In this document: piece by piece, positions 63,800 through 64,000 of the stretch
How the letters are laid out: each line of letters opens with the position of its first letter
Position numbering within the stretch: the stretch's first letter is position 1
Source: a virus
DNA: 64,000 nt
Strand: one strand, 5' to 3'
Virus record (IMG/VR): IMGVR_UViG_3300006750_000002
Span: 126,909-190,908 of that record
Notes under the pieces: model-generated
Databases searched by the model: none
What the model was told of the DNA's origin: nothing
Seen by the model: only the letters and a program-made list of their open reading frames with translations
Program-made: the position numbers and the translations under genes

Positions 63800-64000
63800 T
63801 TATCTTACCAGTGCAACAAAACCATCTTTAACCATTACTTCGTTGCCACTAACACTTATACCTTTAACCTGATATATATAAGTTCCAATCGGAACCTGTT
63901 TCCCCCTATACTCACCATTCCATCTTGTATTGATGTTTTCTGATTGGAAAACCATTTGTCCCCACCTATTATAAATTTCTAAGTTATACTCCTCTGCTCC
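63800..64000 (-). CDS. C-terminal end of a protein with a type-B T9SS sorting (gliding-motility-associated/CHU_C) domain; partial
   Basis: manual translation ...LEIYNRWGQMVFQS...WNGEYRGKQVPIGTYIYQV...KDGFVALVR*. Confidence 0.85.
   Translation of the reverse strand, partial: GAEEYNLEIYNRWGQMVFQSENINTRWNGEYRGKQVPIGTYIYQVKGISVSGNEVMVKDGFVALVR

Noticed and set aside
1-64000. CRISPR array, DGR (RT plus TR/VR), integrase or transposase
   Set aside because: I found no regularly spaced repeat-spacer array, no reverse-transcriptase motifs, no A-specific variant repeat pair and no recombinase or transposase motifs.
1-64000. Stop-codon reassignment
   Set aside because: Known genes (glnII, clpP, dnaJ, trxA) are full length under the standard code, and TAG/TGA act as real stops.

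Overview
This is a gene-dense, AT-rich segment, most consistent with a large (jumbo/huge) tailed dsDNA phage of Bacteroidota (probably Flavobacteriia-like). No capsid, terminase or polymerase gene lies in the window, so the phage call is inferred. The support is a majority of orphan ORFs plus scattered host-like auxiliary genes: bS21, DnaJ, GSII, thioredoxin/glutaredoxins, two ClpP, cyclophilin, a CCA-type nucleotidyltransferase, a RelA/SpoT-type HD hydrolase and an Hc1 histone-like protein. The host call rests on many TT(T)G-N19/20-TAnnTTTG promoters, a Bacteroidota-type bS21 and a type-B T9SS C-terminal domain at the right edge. The main candidate systems are as follows. (1) About 15 putative virion-cargo proteins begin with a short leader ending in [I/L/V]-x-E. 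Several are modular polyproteins (kinase-like, PAP2, zincin, DHH, nuclease, lysozyme, lytic transglycosylase and repeated unknown modules) whose modules are separated by the same motif, which resembles a prohead-protease cleavage/capsid-targeting code; many follow a TATTTATA motif. (2) A TROVE/vWA-like gene is followed by structured non-coding elements and a CCA-type enzyme; a related hairpin recurs directly before an atypical tRNA-Gly-like gene next to an alarmone-hydrolase gene, suggesting an RNA repair or anti-defence kit. (3) A ~1 kb gene-poor origin-like region has DnaA-box-like 9-mers interleaved with a repeated TGACA-N3-TGWCA motif, next to a rearrangement scar containing half a tRNA. 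All family assignments come from motif recognition by eye; no searches were run.
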